Origin: Botryllus schlosseri
Taxonomy: Eukaryota
Assembly (NCBI GenBank): GCA_051294905.1
Contig: CM119371.1
Coordinates: 36,520,001 to 36,584,000 of the forward strand
DNA: 64,000 nt
Direction of reading: 5' to 3'
Shown here: positions 8,901-23,387 of the stretch, in pieces
Layout of the letters: each line of letters starts with the position of its first letter
Numbering within the stretch: position 1 is the stretch's first letter
Program-made: the position numbers and the translations under genes
Notes under the pieces: generated by a model
The model's input: the letters and a program-made list of their open reading frames with translations, nothing else
Databases searched by the model: none
What the model was told of the DNA's origin: nothing

Positions 8901-11900
8901 ACAGAATGCTGCGCATGCCTACTTCTTCTGTATCATTATTGTTGCAGTCTGCCAGTTCTGTATGTTGATTGGATGAAAATAAAGACTCTCTCTCTCTCTC
9001 TCTCTCCTTCTTGTCTAAAGAGAATTACAGTTTCGATACTTTCTTCTCGCTTAGAAAGCTTTGAAACTATTCCAACATCCGAAACGTGTATAACAGGGCC
9101 ACGAACGAGGAAGCGACATTTCCGTGAAATATAGTGACCCGCAGTATTGTCATAAAATCGGAATGAAATAGATATTGCCAGAAAGTACCAAATCACATTC
9201 AATGCATTGTAGCTGGCATTATTTTATTGGCGGTCACGTGAAAGTTACGTATTAAATTCGTAAGTCATCGATACTGCGATGATTTCATAATGATTGGTAC
9301 TTGAACGCTTGACTCGACTTGCAGCCTAATACAGGATTCGAAATAAAATCACTCTAGTCGTCTTAACAAGCCCTAATGTGAATCCGGAGAGAATTTTGCT
9401 AGCGCAATACTGGCATGCGACCGTGATAGATAGAACTTGTTGTTCTGGCAACTGTGCTAGATCTGTATTGATATGGATTAGGTTGCGTCTAATGTGGTTT
9501 TCTTTACTTTCGCACGAAGACTGTTTCGCTCTACATTTCGTAAGGTAGAAAGTAGTTTGGAAGATGTTGGGATCACTTTTATGGGCGGAATTGTCATATT
9601 AACTGTGCGAAACAGCCACTGTATAACGGTAACTGGATAGAGTTTTAGAAAACACACTTATATTTCTAGTGTCACCAGTCGTAATGGCAGTCACAAAAAA
9701 ATACATCCTGGAATTTTGAAAGTAGCCACCCCCGATTAAACGCTAAAGGTATGATACCTCTCGACTTAATCTACTCTGCAAAACTTTTCAGGCTTTAGTA
9801 TTCTATTTCCAATAGTCCTGTAGTCGACACCTCACGCACCATAAAAAGAAATATCGGTCTGCGGTGTAAACGAACATAATAGTCGAAACGCAATGAATAA
9901 TACCAACAACAACAACTTCCACATGAGGTAGTTTTGTGAAAGTCTTGAAAATCCCTCCTATCTGTAGTTGAGTAGATATTCATGGCGTGACCGCTACTTC
10001 TACTTGAGAACTAATTCGACAATCTCTGAAGATATATTGACAACCTATTCAAGCCTTTACCTTCTGTTAAATGTCAATGCCCTGATTCTTCTTCTATTAT
10101 CGAGCGAGTAGAACAGCGTTATTGAGCGTTTTCACACATGTGTAAGAAGGAGAGAGGAATGTCCTCCCATCATTTTCATATTCTTGGAATAGTGACATAT
10201 TTTCCGTTTTTATATTTATGACGTCACTTTCGGGGAGTCTCGGATCTTCACGGGTCTCCCTGTAGGCATTTCCAGACCATGTGCCTGAGACAATGGAAAA
10301 CTATACGAAGAATTATCGAATCGATCCGCGCGGTCCTTTGTTATTTACCCTGCGTACGCGTTTGGCGCCGGTATACTTTCTTTGATCTACGTCACCATCG
10401 GATATGATTTATGGCGTAATTGCAAACATAATTTCCTGGGAAATGATTAATTCATAGACACGATCGTCGAGTAATACCCAATCGGTTATTGGCTAGGATT
10501 TTGTCCGACAATTTTTAGGAAATCCTTCCTGATAAAATACCCAGTAACAAGCAACATACATATCAAATTGAAATTTGAAAAAAAAATTCATTCTAAGACT
10601 GCAAGTCACGTAACAAAACGAGAAGAACGTTTATCGTACATCCATCTGCTATATACATCGAAGCTTAAATTATGTTTATAATCCAAGAGGTAATTACATC
10701 AGCGCCTTTCTACGTTACGGTGTCTTAATAACCTATATTTAACATCGACTACGTAATTGGGAATCGCAATTCAAATTACAAACGTTTTCACGACAGCGTG
10801 CTGTTACGACTATCCCACTTTAACGACATTTCGCTAAAGCCGGAGCTAAACTATATACGAATCTGACTCAACATGACTTCCCGATTCTAAAACCTTAATC
10901 ACTTCCAGTGCAATGCCTGAATAAAACAGTGAAATAAAACGCGAAATATAGCCCTGTACGGTGGTACAGCTTTGTACTACATCTGCCAAGCAGATGTATT
11001 CTCTATGTGAAAACACGCTTCATAAAGAGCACCACCAATCCTTCTCCCTATACGGTTTCCGAATAATAAAATTGTTACGAGGCGGCCTCAATCTCCCCCA
11101 ATCAGCAATATTGCTTAGCAGCACTATTTTCGAAGTCGCCGAATGTCCTAACAAAGAGTTTTGTCGATTTAGCGTAAATCAGATTTACCGCATTGAAACA
11201 TACGTGTTTGTGCGGTTGGAACGTAGGTTTCAGCAAAAGACCTGGCTTGAAAATCTTATCAAATCGCTGCCGCCGAAAACTTGAGCCACATAACAGTAGC
11301 AACTTTATACGATGATGGATTCTATGGAATCCGACTTGTGTAATACAACGAAACATATTGTAGCTGTTTGGAATTATTTCTGTACTGAGGCATATAGATG
11401 AACAATCATAACTCATGCCAGCGGACGTAATTAAATCGTTATTACGTTGGGAAGTTTTTTTAAATCATCTTACTGTCGATACTAGACGTTTCAGTGATGA
11501 TGTATACAGTGCCGGTGACGTAGTGGTCAGTTCTACACGGAAATAGCGTTCTAGAAGAAATTCGTTCCAACATATTGACAGGGGACACCTTTTAATGCGC
11601 CATAAAGAACGCATATCGCTGAGTAATCGTGCAATCCAGTGTTTCTTAACCTTGTTGCCAGCCCCCCAGGGCGGCGATTTGGATTTTGAAGGGGACGGTA
11701 ACGCTAAGGGGGCGATATGGGGAGCGGTGCAGTATATGCTACGCGCGAAATATACGTCGACAATGTTTATAACATGTTTCCATGATGCAGTGGTTTATTA
11801 AAATTGATCTAAAATGAATTGCGCGTACTTTAAGATCGCCAATTCCCCGTTAAAATACTACCATCACACTACCTCGGGTTATCATTCACAAACTATTTCG

Positions 11901-12997
11901 AACTAGGTATTTCATCCAGCAGCGAACATAGAGAGGCAATGTACCACTTTTGAGAGTGAGAGCCCTTTTTGTACATTAAAGATGCTTTGAAGCTTTTGGT
12001 CAAAATGATTAACTAAATATATTTGTATTTGAGAGCTACAACATTAAATCTTCAGAATATTGATTCATCGTATCATAAAGGATGAGGCTATTTAGTATTG
12101 GGACCCGCAACCTTACATGAACGCTATATAATATGGGTTGCTTTGTTTGGAATACATTCATGTTGAAGTTAATCGACGAGATGGTGTGAGCCCGTACCCG
12201 ATGGTTGTTATAACAACCTTGATTCGACCCCGAACACAGAACATACAGTTATCATAGCGGTAATTAGTCGAGTGGTCCTCGGGCGTGATTCAAGTTATTT
12301 CCAATAGTGAAGTTTCAACCCGAAAAGGCCGACCGGACTTCGATCTCTCATCCCTTGTTTTTACTACTGTCTTTAAAATATGGGGATGGGGAGGCGCCAG
12401 ACCTTGCCAAAACTTGTTATCTCACGGGCTAACACCAAGTAGACAGAAAATGATACTTGCTCGACCCATCACAGTCACTGTACATAGTAGTCATTCACAC
12501 CGCCAAATATTTATCCTCATTTTAAAAAGTCTTCGCATGATAAACTGTCATTGATTGAGCTGCCCAGAAAATTCAGCTTTCTTACGTTATTTTCAATGTC
12601 CGTCCTAATATTACAGAAAGCTTGCTATCCAATCCAACAAATACTGCCCTGGATATACATATCTACCAAGTCACTCATTAATCCACGCGCTTGATATTGT
12701 AGCACTCCGGCTGGTCGCAGCTGATCTGACAAAGCCCACGCAGTATCCAAAACTATTTATTCGGCGAAGTCTCGCTACGGCAAACAGCGCGTGCCTCGAA
12801 AAGTACACATAGAGTCGTTCGATTTACTTTGCTATGAGAGCGTCATGATCGAGATTGATGGCGCAGGTACGAACAAATGTTTGACCTGCTCCGTCAACCA
12901 AACGAAACAAAACCGCAGTGCTACTGAAATAATTTTAACCAGGGCCAGCATGATTGCGGGTAGCGATCTATCGCCACCAATCTATGTATTACCTCGT

Positions 12998-13256
12998 TTG
13001 TTTGTTTGTTTGTGGTATTCATGGTGTTTGTCCACTACAATAGCCATTTACACCAGCCCCATTTTCTTCATTTTTATTGCATATCTGCCGACTTGTAGCA
13101 CGACCCACTTCTAGACTCTTTGTAAGACACCGCGTATGCGGATAACATGGCGAGGAAGAGCCTAGATAAACCTTCAACACATTGGTAGGAATTCTGAAGT
13201 CGACCTCGAACCCGCAACCCATTGATGTTGCAGCCGTGGATCTCACCTCACCACAC
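12998..13256 (-). mobile_element. SINE family A, older copy with damaged head
   Basis: Homologous body and tail; 12-bp TSD gtattacctcgt at 12986-12997 and 13257-13268. Confidence 0.85.
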
Positions 13257-13947
13257 GTATTACCTCGTCTGCGATATATGTTTCTGTATAACAAAAACTC
13301 CCCGAGTCTATTGAAGAAGACCACCCGCCGAATGCCCTCCCAATGTGGCATATAACATTGTGCAAAGCAGATATAATTTCAATCCATATAATCGCAACAA
13401 AAACTCTGTCTGTATATATATATATTTCTTGGAGGACCCATGACACCAGGCTGTCGGGCCTAAAGCGGAAATATTTCCCCAGGGAAACCACCGAGACAAA
13501 TTAATGTATGGGGACAGAAGTGGTCAGCATCGAAATACTTCTAATGTTTCAGAGTACTCAAAAAGGTTTTGTTATACGTGAGCAACTTACTCAAGTGTTT
13601 ATATTTTAGAGTACTGTAACATCTATACTTAACAGTTATTTAGAAAAAACTACATAATTTCAGCAAATTTGATTTTAGTAGAATGTAGTTTTGGAGTGTG
13701 TTTTCATCATCTTTAGGAGTAAAATTCTCATGCCAACAGGGGGCTAACTAAATTTATTTTGGAAAACTGCACCTATATTTATAGTGATATTAATCATTTT
13801 GCGTTGGTCGCGAGGACGCACCCTGCAGTTTGCAAAGTAACAATCTCCGACCAACTCTTATTTTTGAAATTTTGAGTACTTTTCAGTCACGGGATAGGCT
13901 AAACATATATATACGCTTCTGTGTGATGACCGTTTATTAGTTATCAC

Positions 13948-14723
13948 TAGGGAAAGTTTTTGTTGCAGTCGAATTCGTGGAAAGTTGCATTTATTTTTCA
14001 CAAAAGTTGCAGTAAAAAGTTGCATGAATTTTTCGCAGAAATCGCAGTAAAAAGTTGCATTTATGGACAAGTTCCTTGAGATTATCGGGGTATGAGATAC
14101 TCGAGTCGATCCGTATGCAAGGCATCTGCAGCAAAACTCAGTGTTGGCGACAAAATCATTAGCCTGAAAAAATTGACCCAGTGAAAATATAATTTTCGGC
14201 GGTCTAGCCTGAAAGTATCTGAAATCAGAAAGGACCTCAAATTTAAACGACAGTGAAATAATCAAGGGATCTATTCACATATTGTCAAATATGACCAGAA
14301 AAAAGTTAGTTGCATGAAAATTGAAAAAAGTTGCATGAAAGCGGAAAAAAACTTACAAAAAGTTGCAATAAAAAATGGAAAAAGTTGAAAAATGTTGCAA
14401 TATAAGATTCCTCAATAGAGCTTAAGACTAGGGTTACCATACGTTCTCTTTTAAGAGGATTTGTCCTCGGAAGACGGTCAAATATCCTATTTTTTTTAGA
14501 TTTTGTCCTATTTTTTGAGAATTTTGGTTAAATATAGGTCAAAATACAGTAAATCGGCACTGAAGGAACGCTCCGGCGACTATTTCGGGAGCTGGGCCGG
14601 AAAGTTGACCTTTTTTAATTCAACCGACCGCAAAGGGCAAGTCTGAAAATTTTGAAAAAGGGTCCTCTTTTCACATTTCCAAAATATGATAAGCTGTAAA
14701 AAAAGTTGCAAAAACCTGCCCTA
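13948..14723. mobile_element. hAT-type MITE with AAAGTTGCA repeats, containing a nested TAGGGTTACCATACG MITE (~14429-14695)
   Basis: Perfect TSD gttatcac (13940-13947 and 14724-14731); the nested family also occurs near 7055-7305, 15095-15320 and 19400-19492. Confidence 0.8.
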
Positions 14724-14879
14724 GTTATCACTTAGCAGGTAGCTTTTTATCCATCAAACAGCCTTTTTTAGTCATCGGCTTTTAAAATTTTGGGGTAGGC
14801 CTACGCGCGACCCCCTATGAAACTTCAAGTGGTCCGCGATCAAAAAGTTTAAGAACCCCTGCTCTAAGTACGTATCTAC

Positions 14880-15539
14880 CAGACTTGGACAACTAGAGTC
14901 AAGTAGACAAATTTCAGAGAAATGAGGGTAACTCAATTCTAATCTAATTTGCGAATTGTTTCTTTTCCCTAATCCTAATTCTAATCTAATTTGTGAAATG
15001 TTTCTATGTGCTCTAATTTAATTCTAATCAAATTTCTGGCATTCCTGGAAATGCTACAGAACTGTATACCATATATTTTAGGGTAGTGTAGAATGATATG
15101 TCCTCTTTTTTTTGCAAATCGTCCTCCTTTACTGCTTTTACAGTTAGGAAAATGGACAGGACAGGTTCAACTGTAAATCGGCATCAATGACGTTCGAGCG
15201 GGTCATTCGGGCGTCAATGAAAGTGATTACCTTTTTTTACATTTACATTTTCGATCAACCAACTTTTGTGGTTTGGTAACAGTGTTCTTCTTTCCCGATT
15301 CCAAGATATGGTAACCCCAGTATAGTGCGAAACCAGCCAAGCTTGCTGTGCATTCATTTGTTACTCTCGTGCGGACGAGAGTGAACCATGATGTGATATG
15401 GACTGAATTTCATTCAATGTCCAAGTTATGGCGAATTAAGAAATTCAAATTCTAAATTAATTTGTAAAGAAATGTGTAGTTATAATTCTAGTTCTAATCT
15501 AATTTGGAAAGACCGTAAATTTTCTAGTTGTCCAAGTCG
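14880..15539. mobile_element. Representative of the most abundant MITE family (GACTTGGACAACTAGA termini, AATTAGATTAGAATTAG internal repeats)
   Basis: Related copies at about 5824-6820, 18870-19015, 26797-27072, 30107-30502, 40887-41060, 43600-43882, 46521-46869, 47604-47705, 50012-50490 and 63925-63985. Confidence 0.8.
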
Positions 15540-16211
15540 TACTACGCGTTAGCGGGAGCCTCGTGACCTATTCACAGATCCAATCTAGTCTATATAATCA
15601 ATTCAAGTCCACATCTGACCTATACCTGCATAAAAGCACTGTTATACGCTTATAGAGCAAAACCAACGGTGCAACAGCGTCGCTTTATATTTCATACACT
15701 CACTGTGACTCCATTGTGAAATACCTCTAACCAGACTAAGATTATACAAAGTCGCGCAACAATGCTGATGAAACCATTTGTGGCTAATTAGTGCCTAAAG
15801 AGCCGACGATGCACTTGACAAGCCTCAAGTGTCGTCAAAACACCATCACGTGATCCATGACGAAACGTGCGTAAATTGGTTCACTACAGCCGAATAGAGG
15901 TGTTATGAGCCTGCCCTTTGGAACGTAGCATTATCGAGATAACATCAGTCTGTCGAACATAGCATAATGGCCGTGTCCATAGAACACTTTGCAGCAGAAT
16001 TATACAGCGCCTGTACTTTCAGGACGACCTCGATAAGAGACATTACCTTTGGACTTCCTGTGTTTGAAATCAGCGTCGCACTGTTGTTGACAAATTGGTA
16101 ACTGCTACGTCAGAATACGAAGATGCGCTAGATGGGGCTAGTTAGCCATACCGCGATAGCTTTGATACCTAGCACTTGCAGGTAGGTCCGGAAGGGTGTC
16201 CGTCCGGTCAA

Positions 16212-16302
16212 TACCGAGAAAACCGTTACCGAGAATAGACACCACCCAGAATGGACAATACTGAGAATGGACACCACCGAAAATGGACACTACCCAGAAT
16301 GC
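16212..16302. repeat. Degenerate 15-16-bp tandem repeat (ACCGAGAATGGACAC), about 6 copies
   Basis: Directly visible. Confidence 0.75.
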
Positions 16303-16571
16303 AATGTAATTGCGAGTTGACGTACTATATTGCTTCGAAGTATCGAAAGTTATACACAAATACTTCTCCAATAGTTTGCCTCGTGTATTTGATGACTTTT
16401 TCGTACCTGCGAAAATGACCACTCCCATTACACGAGATCATCGTCAAAGGGAAATATCTACTTAACCCCTATCGACTGCTCAGGACCTATCATATGGAAT
16501 GCATTACCACAACATATCCGTGAATTGCCATATAATAGACTAGTAAAGCATTGCCCATCGACTGTATACAG

Positions 16572-17355
16572 CAGGGCCAATTGAGAAGCTGAAAATACGC
16601 TGGCGGGCCGAGTCAAAAATTTTAATTTTATTCTGCAACGTATTAATCTTATTTCTAAGTTAAAAGCGGTGAATTAAACTGCTAATAAATGTTATTTAGT
16701 GTTGATATTAGGGTACAGTAGCTTTTAATTATCAAAATATAATATTTATTTGTCGTCATATTTCGAAACAATTTTTAACATGATACATTCTGAACTCTCC
16801 TTAAACCTTTATCCGCGTTTTTCTATCAAGATATTAAAATGTATTTGGGATATTACACAGATTATTGTCTTGGTCGCTGCCTTCCGAGCAGTGTGTGTGC
16901 AGCTAGGTGAAACAGCTTTCTTGTTGAGCGATGCTTGCAGTTCTTCTAAAATTCGCGCATCCTTGACCGAGTGCATGCATTCGTGTTTTTCCATAAATAT
17001 GACTTTATTTATACTCCTTAAACAAGGCGATCTGCTCCGCAATAACTACTAAAAAGACAAATTTATCCCTGGCTCCAGTAAACAAATATTTAGTGCTCCA
17101 TACCTTCCTTGAATCTCAACTTTCGGCTTCTTTTTTATCATGCCTGCGCATCCTTTATGGGCGATGATAACTCATAGTAATCACTAGCACTGATTGACTT
17201 GTTTTTACGAATTAGGGATTTGGAAACGTATCACGTAGCAATTTGAAGCACAGACCGTGCTATGCGTAATGTGACAATGGCAACAAAGAAGTAATTGAGG
17301 CATATTTATCGAACAGGCCGCATTTGGCCCGCAGGCCCCACCTTGCCAAGGTCTG
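16572..17355 (-). mobile_element. Charlie/GTF2IRD2-like hAT remnant
   Basis: Perfect TSD gtatacag (16564-16571 and 17356-17363); right end ggcccgcaggcc...gccaaggtctg; minus-strand fragment ...LEELQASL...AATK resembles a Charlie transposase N-terminus; left TIR damaged. Confidence 0.65.
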
Positions 17356-18343
17356 GTATACAGGAATGAAGTGAAACATATGTCATGAATTGGGCCATAT
17401 GTAATGGTGATTGCTACTTGCTAGGGTCTGCTGTAGATTTCTTCGCGGGCCGGATGAAATCGTCCGTCGGGCCAGGCCTGGCCTGTCGGGATCGGGCTTG
17501 ACAGCCCTGCTATACTGTTAAGTCGGTGCGGATATTTGGTTGTGTGTTTTAACCAGGCTTGAAACAATATTTTTTCAGTCCCCTTCCGCCCCAAAAAGGC
17601 ACTGATCTTGGGCCCACCATACGGTAATCGATGTAACTTCTTGGGCACTTACTACCTGCATCTGGTTGATAAATTTTATGAATGAATTCTGTCAATAGTA
17701 TTAGTTTTTTCCATATATTAGGCTACTATAACATGCACCAGCAGGCTGCACATCCGATGATTTCCAACCTTTTATGGTTTTGACCTCATTTCCTACTTGA
17801 AAATGTTCCGTGGCCTAGCTCAAAACTTGATGAGATGATTACTAAAAACTTTCAGCTTGCCAAGACGTAGGCCTACTCACGGACTATTTTGGAAGCTGAT
17901 TACGACCAACGTCTTCGCGATCCCCAGATAAAGACAAACGACCTCAAGATTTGGAACCACTGTCTGTGACTGAAGCATCCAACCGGCCTTAACCAACTCT
18001 AGGAATATAACATTAGCTTATAATTGCGATTACAAATAGACTTATTTCAGGAAATGATGGTTATTTATATTTATTTTTGATTGCATTTGTTGCGAGGGCG
18101 GTGTCTGGTCCCCATACTAATATCAACATACGTTGCATTGACTAGCGCGCAGCGATAAAAAAAAATTTCGAATAGCACAAATCTGCTTACCTATTTCATG
18201 CCTTCAAAATTTCGGACATTTAGGCATATTTTAGAATTTCCTTCCGGACCAAGTTTTTTCAGTGAAATTCCGGACATGTCCGGGAAATTCTGGACGTTTG
18301 GAAACCCGTTTGGCAAGATATTTGCCATCCTCGTGCTTACGAG

Positions 18344-18860
18344 TAGGGCTGGGCAAAATCGAGTACCTGAGCGATTCGATTCTGAATCACGTAATATGCT
18401 TCGAGTCGAGTCGAGTAATCGAGTATCACTTATAATGACGTCATAACTGGATGTGATATGTGAAAGATCAAATATATACCTTTTACGCGACCACAAAGAA
18501 TATAATGCCCGTTATCCATCATATTATAGACACTTTGGTGTTTTTTCGACCATACCGATTTCATTGCACTTGGTGACAATGTTGTTGGATGATCATGACT
18601 TCGGAATGGTGCTATTTCCAGTAACGTTCGTAGCTTTGTACCGTATGTTTTGTATGCTACGATACGGCCATTCAAGGTTTCAAGGCTTCAGCATTGAAAA
18701 TTAGTATTGAAACTATAATTCTCGTTGATAAATTAACTTTCACTGGCGAGGAACGTGTAATTTCAGTACTCGAAAAAATCGTATTTTACAACTCGACTCG
18801 AATCATTAAAATTAATACTCGATTCAGATTCGAGTACTCGAATCATTGTGCCCAGCCCTA
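18344..18860. mobile_element. hAT-type MITE (TAGGGCTGGGCA termini, CTCGA-rich)
   Basis: TSD cttacgag/cttacgtg; degenerate relatives near 22560-22870, 25070-25450 and 48190-48590. Confidence 0.85.
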
Positions 18861-20822
18861 CTTACGTGAATGAGCTTCGATTTGATACGAAGTGAACTCG
18901 ATTTTTGTTGTATTTCTTTTTTATTACGAATGTAATTCAATATTCAAGTTTTTGCGAATTCGGTAATTCTAATCTAACTGTGAAAAGATGAAATTGTTTT
19001 AGCTGTCCAAGTCTGATAGCAGCCACATTGAAATTTGATTACCAGTATTTACTGCAAAATTCGTTGTCAGTATCGACGAGTAATGATCGTCCACGGCTAC
19101 AGCGAATCTTCGCACTCCTCGTCCGTCAAAAATTCTGAAGGATCTAGTAACGGCTAAGAAAACTGGTGAATTTGAGAATTTTCTACCAAAACTTCTGTGT
19201 TGACTAAAAAAAAATGTCATCACTTTGCTCTACTCCCGAAAAACCTGCATTTTTACGATACTTCTGTGGTGTTGACCAGAAATAAAAAAAAGGTCGTCAT
19301 TTTGATCGACTCCTGCATCGCTAACTTTTCTACAATTATGCCTACCAATTCCATCTAGAAGTCAACTTTTTCATGGCATTTTATTACTTTTTCTGAAAAA
19401 AAAAGAAGACATTTAGGCGTCCTCCGAGGACACTTTCAATTTTGTGAAAAAAGAGGGCAAATGCTCTTAAAAGAAGACAGATGGTAAGCCTAACAATAAC
19501 AGACTCATACACGTGATTGAAACATACCCAGTAAATTGCGTGGATATAACTATACTTGGGAGAGATTGTAAGACTAATTTACGAAAACTTAGAGTATAGG
19601 ATGTAGGTGGAATATTCCATGGAGTTAAATATATAGTAATTAGCGTTTTAATATTGGAACATGTAAATATAAGCATGAACGACACTGAATATAATACTTT
19701 TTGTGTCTGTAATAGAAATGTGAAATCACTGCAGATCTTTGAGCAGCATAACTCACGTAACTGCAAGGATCACGTGACGTAGGTGTCATCACGGCCGAAA
19801 CAGCACTTCGTCAGCACCCCCCCCTCCTTCCCGATAAAAAAACGTTGTTCTTGGGCCCCCATAAGGCGATCAACCAGACTTCTAGGGGGTTCTGATCCTC
19901 CAGAACTCCCGTTTCGCTGCTACTCGACTTCCAGAGATTATTAGTGTAGGCCGGCACGGTGTGTGCGTTTGCTAGTCGCGCCAAGCGCGAATAAATTTTC
20001 ATATTCATTATAAAGATTTTACGATAGTATCGTGATCAGATTAACCGGCAGAGCTGAACGAGGTGATGGTGCCTTCGACAATTTGGGGTATGTTAAAGAT
20101 ATGCGATCGTTAATCATACATCTATGTGGGCCTCTTGTTATTAATTACTTTATTGGATGTTGTTATTTCGTGACTTCCCACCTGCGATACAGCCAAAAAC
20201 TATTGAAATCGCCGAACAATGACTGAAAGAAAGACCTCTTTCATGAGACGCACAGGTTGACCTTTCTTGTATGATAATTTTCTCAGATTGCTTTTCAGGC
20301 ACAGATGCGCTTATATGAACATTTGAGTCTCATGTCGGCCAAAATATTTTATATGTCTCGGAGTGTCGTGGCGCGGTAATGACCGGCCCGAAGTGCCAAT
20401 TTCTTTAAATTAAATTCGATTTTTTTGGGGTGAGTTGGGGTATTCATATCAAAATCAAGACAAGTTGCGACATTAAATCGCGCGAAGAAAATTTGTTCAT
20501 TTACAAATTATTTTGGGCCCCCATTCGAGCTCGCCCCCCAATTAGGGGTTTGGGTGCGGCAGTTACGGTCCTGGATGTCATAATGTTATACAGCGCTGGC
20601 CGCTTGTATTTAAATTGTTATAGGTGAAATGTTGCATACACGAAGTTCACCTACGGTCTGCAATAAATGCATTATATGATGTTCGTAAAATCCAGATAAC
20701 ACAGCTGGTAAAAATAGCGGTAGCGAGCTTGAGCCAGTGGTGGTCAATAACGAAGTATTTCAACTGTTTTGAAGTAGCTTTTGCCGATTTTCGCCGCTTA
20801 CTAAAGACGGTATGACTGTAGG

Positions 20823-21274
20823 CAGTGGTGGCTTTTGGGGTGGCCGAGGTGAGCGGTCGCCCGGGCCCCCCCTGGTCGAAGGGCTCCCTATTTGGATGAT
20901 GCGCTTTTTTAAGGATAATAACTAATAAACATGTAAATCCGTGTACCAAGCAAGAATATGATTCCGTACAGATGTGTCAATCATCATCGAATCTCTGCAT
21001 TTGTTAGAAAAGTCCCGTATCCCGATAATCATCATGTCTCTACATGCGGTAGAATTACTTAGTTTTGATGTAGTCTATCCTTGCACACATGCAATAATAG
21101 ACATGGCCGAATCCAGCACCTGACCTCTCCTTACCGTGGTGAAAGATAGATAATAACAAGCGATGTGAAAGGGGGGTCTGGGGGCGGAGCCCCCCAGAAG
21201 TTACGGTTAGATGCTTATAGCCCCCCCCCCGGTAAGTCTCGCCCAGGGCCCCCCTGTTCGTAGGGCCACCACTG
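20823..21274. mobile_element. hAT-type MITE (CAGTGGTGGC termini, GGGCCC-rich)
   Basis: Perfect TSD actgtagg (20815-20822 and 21275-21282); internal ggggtctgggggcggagcccccag motif. Confidence 0.88.
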
Positions 21275-23105
21275 ACTGTAGGCTACTTTCTCTCTTACGT
21301 AACAGTTTTCAGGATTTGAAGGCAAATCGAGGCATATCTTTTTTCTATGTGTGCTCAAGTAGAAAATTACAATGTTATATCTACTTTTATTTGAGTACCA
21401 ACGATGTCTACTTTGACCATACCTCAGATGTGAGGTTCTTCCGATACTACTATCGTATTCGTCGGCGTATGAAATAAATCTAACAGTGCAAATGAGGAGC
21501 CCTTTTAGAGCGAAACTTCATTAAGTCGCCTTCTATATCCGACAATTACTTAATGTTACATAAATTCGTTTAATATACCGATCGAGAAATCGACGAAAAC
21601 GTGCTCAATAGTCGGCAATCGGTAATTCTGATCGAAACCGTATGAGCATCAATCAAGGTATCATCCTTATAATTGATGATCGACGTCCTTTATAGTTTGA
21701 TGTTACCTTCGTATAGAACCCTATTTTGTCACGAACTTCGTGTGACAGCTGACAATACTAAGTCTGAAAACTTGTCATCGTGCGAAAAGAGGACAACATA
21801 AGGCAGTATCAATATATATTTAATTGTGTATAAATTATAATCGACATGATTACACGAAATAGCGTCGATAGTTTGGAGTCAATCAAAGTCCATACGTTAT
21901 TCCATAAGCAACAGACCGCAGGGTGCAGAGACGTTGCAGACATCGTTGCTGTACTTATGCGTTGTTCGGCGGATATCTTGTTTTAATTGAGAGCAACCAA
22001 CCGGAACCGGAAGGGCAATGACGCAACGCAGTAGAAATTTCGGGCAAAATAGTTTCGTTATACGCGCTTATCAACAGCGGCATGCCTCGCGGTTCCGTAA
22101 GTTCAGTTCATGGTTTGGCTTTAACTTGTCGGGAAAGATTTCCGTCCGTTATTGCGTCTATTTAGAGAAAGCAGTGAAATGGCAAGGGTTTCAGCCTCCC
22201 GATGAGACTTTGCCTTGTTATGATCGTGTCGAAGCCAGAGCTGGACAAAATCCGAGTGCTAGAGTGATTCGATTCGATTATGAAGCAACAAAAGTATGGA
22301 TGTTGTGGCTGTGCAAATATGTACCGTTTATGCGACCGCTAAGAGAACAATGTAAGTTCTACCAATCTACACCACATAGATGTATTTTGTATTTTCCGAC
22401 CCTAACTATTTCAGTGTCAATATCAGTTTATTCATAATGTTATCATAAAAAAACACCACAAAACTGCGATGCAGTGCAAAGAATGGAATGTGTCGAAAGG
22501 GATTGGAGTAGTCTCTGAAATCAAACACCCATGTCAGATCGAGGTCTGGTAACCTTTATGGCTGTCTATTATTCGACTAGTTTCGTTGTACTTTGTTGTG
22601 GGTTTATCACGGCGTCACAGAAAAGTCGTTTTTCATAACGTGCGTAGCTTTGTATATATGTTTCGCAAGCTGTGATACGACCGATCGAGGTTTCAAGGCT
22701 TCCACGATGGAAAAAGTATCGACTCTACAATTCACGTTGGTAATATAACGTAACTCTTAGTGGAAGGGGCTATATAATTTGAGTACTCAAAAAATCGTTT
22801 ATCAATACTCGCCTCATAATCGTCACAATTAATGCTCGATTCGGGTTCGACGATTCGAATCATTTTACCTACCTTCAAATAATGCTCACTTTTGTCACAG
22901 GAAGTGGAAAGATTAAAAAGCTTTATCAAAGATATCGTAACCACGCTGGTCGTATGACGTAATTCATATCTTTACTCGGTCAAAGTTTCGAGATAATCGC
23001 TGACTCGAATTGCGTATGGGCTTATAAGCGGTTACAAATATCTTTAACATAAGCGTATTACGTTTCCGGCGAGCGAACGACAAGCAGCCGCACACACAGC
23101 GAATT

Positions 23106-23387
23106 GTTTGTTTTGTTTTGTGGTATTCATGGTGTTTGTCGACTACTATGGTCATTTACACCAGGCCGATATTCATCTTATTTTCCGTAACTGCCGACTC
23201 TAGGCACGGCCCACCTCTAGGCTTTTGTAAGACACCGCTGACGCGGATGAGGTGGCGAGGAGGAGCCTAGGTAAACCTCCAACACTTAGGTATCGGAATT
23301 CGGAAGTCGACCTCGGTCGGACTCGAACCCGCACCCATTGGTGTTGCAGCCGCGGATTATACCACTGCGCTATCTCGCCACATGTGT
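23106..23387 (-). mobile_element. SINE family A, full-length copy
   Basis: Head GGCGAGATAGCGCAGTGGTA...GGTTCGAGTCC; 14-bp TSD acacacagcgaatt at 23092-23105 and 23388-23401. Confidence 0.92.

Noticed and set aside
23300..23379. tRNA-Cys-like cloverleaf (also tRNA-like heads at 151, 5085 and 6278)
   Set aside because: These are SINE heads: they continue into shared bodies and simple-repeat tails, mostly with TSDs, and lack a proper acceptor stem and terminator.
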